A stretch of 64,000 bases of DNA, from contig JAQFVV010000003.1 in NCBI GenBank assembly GCA_028023455.1, positions 26,970,001 to 27,034,000 of the forward strand, read 5' to 3'. The DNA comes from Epiperipatus broadwayi (lineage: Eukaryota > Animalia > Onychophora). The notes beneath the pieces were generated by a model, which saw only the letters and a list, made by a program, of their open reading frames with translations, had not been told where the DNA came from and searched no databases. How positions within the stretch are numbered: the first letter of the stretch is position 1; the number at the start of each line of letters is the position of its first letter. Positions 61,401 through 64,000 of this stretch are shown piece by piece. Made by a program: the position numbers and the translations under genes.

Positions 61401-64000
61401 CTCTTGGTTTATTTGGTGAAGAGCAAGATTACAGCCAAAGTCTAACTAAAAAGTTCTTAAAATGTCATGTCCTCTTTTCATTATCTTATCTTTTTCACTT
61501 TTATTCTATTTTATTTTTAGCTCCATTCATTTGCTCCGAGGAGAATCAATGCATTTTTATAAGTTTAATTAATTCAGAAAGCCATTTCTATTGTTTAGGT
61601 TTTTTTACCTTTTTACATTTTTGTAATTACAGCTTTTAGGGAATTTTTCCTTTTAATTAATCTATTATCTCTCACCAACCGTTACTTGCAAAATTTCAAG
61701 TACAAAAGGGAATATACAATTATTTTTACTTTTATTTAAATTACAATCGAATTCCAAAATTGTTACTAAAATACAAAATTTAAAATAGCAACAAATTAAC
61801 GAACTTTACAACTTAAAATAAATAGTTGATTTTTTTAAGAAAAGCAATAAACTAACGAACATTTATAATTTAAAATAAATAGTTAAAGTTATATAAAATT
61901 ATATAACTAAAAGAGAAAGTTAAATCATATCAATTATTTTTATTTATTGCTTTAAATTTGTTATCGAAATGTGTGTGCATTTATGGTGAATTTTACAGAT
62001 ATTGATACATTTTTAAATATTGCTACACACACAATTCGATACCAAAAAGTTTAAATTTGGGTAGGATAGGGTGGTGGGTGAGAGACGATAAAAAAGATGA
62101 AACTTAAGATTCGAATGTGAATCTTACTGTTTCAATACCCACCATGTACACAACATGATTCCAACATTCATAGGAATCTTGGAAGAAAATATTTTAAATT
62201 GAGACATGAAGTGTACCCAAAATAAATGTTAATTGAATTTTTTTTCAGAAATTACTGCCTTAAAATTTTCAAACATTTTCTTGCATTTTGTGCAATGTTT
62301 CATGGTAGTGCTGTCATGCTACCAAGATGCCTCAGGATACTCCTATCACAAGTTTATCTGTATAAAACCAATTATACTTTAGTTATAGTTTTGATCAACA
62401 GATAGAATCTCTTGTATTGCAAAAAATGGCTGCATATATATATACACACCAATTAGCAGCAAAATTAGCACAGAATATCCTTGATTCAATCCATTTTACA
62501 TAATAGCTTTATTTTTTGTTTACAATGAAATGAGCCAGAACATTTAATATTTGCATATGTATTATGTTTACATTGGTCTGGTTAGCATATGATATATATT
62601 CAAAATATTCACTCACTGCAAGCTCTGTATGACTTAGTGCCATAGTAAAGAGGCAAATTTTGGAGTTCAAAATCTACTCATCATGGCTTCAGCACTATCC
62701 CTAGTTCTTAAATTTCTTAAAACTTCTGAGCAATAAACTATGATTATTTATTTACTCGTTACATTAGAAAAATTAAAACTATGCTATTTCAAAAAAAAAA
62801 GAGAGGAGGTCTCTAACCACATCGAGTTAGCTTAAGAGAAATTTATTTTTACTGTAGTACAGTTTTATCCAGTGATGAATTAATTAAAAAGATATGCTGC
62901 ATATATTATTCACTATAAGATTCAACATTTTAATTTAAAAATTTTTAATAACTTTTACATATATATATGAACAATCAAATATTTTTATACGCTCTTCTTT
63001 CTTTCCTCCACTGTCTATTAAAAATATACAATAAAATTTCAAAAGTGACTAATTTAGATAATTTATTTACTAGATTTTACTGATGCTGCAATAGAAATAA
63101 TGATTATTTAAAATTAAAAGAAATCTGTTATTTAACTAATTAGTATCTCTCTAAGCAAAAAGAGTTTAGTTTCAGTTTTCTATTAATAGATGTTTGACAG
63201 ATTTTTTTTTTTTGATAAAACAATTCTGTTTTAATCTTTAACATGTTACTAAAATAAAAAGCACTTTAATTCAATCTCAAATAATGAATAAACTTGTCAT
63301 TTTAGAAACATTTATCAACAGATGTTTCCCCTCCCCCTGCTCATTAATTATAGGACATCATTATTCATAAAGTATAAATCGTAATAGTATATTATTAATC
63401 TGCAGAAAATCAGGTTTAATGATTCCAAAGAGTTTTCTAACAAAGATAATAGTAAATAGTTGATTGAAAAATATACAATCATCATCAGTAATATTTTGAC
63501 ACTTGCATCAATCCTTAAAAATTAATATGGCATATATTTGGAAGCTCCTATGAGAATTAAAGCAATGGTAGAGAGCATATTCAACAATTAGGACTCCTCA
63601 TTCATCTCACAGCTTAGTAAAGCATAGATATGTAATGTATAGGAATAAAAAGTATTTTATTACTATATGCATTAAGCATGCTTCAAATATGTTTATTAAA
63701 TATACATATGTATCTGCTTTTAGCATGTTTATGACATATACATGGTTAGTTTACATCTAATAAAAACATGCCAAACATGTATGATTTATGTTGCCAAATA
63801 TTTAAATTCCAGTATGTGTTCATTGCACATTAATTTGTCATAGATTGTTTCGCATGGTTTAAAATGTAGTGATAGAGTCATGGATTCTAAAACTCATAGT
63901 CCATGGAATGTGACTCAATTCCATTACTTCCAGTACTCAAACTTCTTGCGAACTCCTAACCAATAATGTATTTGATTATTATTTACCATAGATTTACAAT

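Noticed and set aside
60564-61685. Possible solo LTR (TGTAAC...GTTAC)
   Set aside because: The terminal CA is missing, there is no TSD and there is no second copy in the window.

Overview
Very AT-rich, CpG-depleted metazoan (invertebrate) genomic DNA. There is no CRISPR array, rRNA or intact tRNA. One protein-coding gene is well supported: the 3' end of a minus-strand kelch-repeat (scruin-like) gene with exons at 53258-53461 and 47705-47916, followed by two duplicated, intact terminal exons (29714-29877 and 21675-21838) that look like alternative last exons. Most of the rest is mobile DNA. It includes a young non-coding LTR element in a (TA)n tract, a Merlin (IS1595-like) transposon with TIRs and an 8-bp TSD, decayed L1/Tx1, RTE-like and hAT-Charlie elements, and tRNA-derived SINE heads. 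The most striking pattern is about 23 remnants of minimal type-I hammerhead ribozymes in six sequence families. Most are tied to Penelope-like GIY-YIG remnants and arranged as head-to-head foldbacks, and they show three states of the 3-8 core pair (C-G, A-U, U-A) with covarying stems. All alignments and folds were done by eye, and family assignments come from recalled motifs, not database searches.
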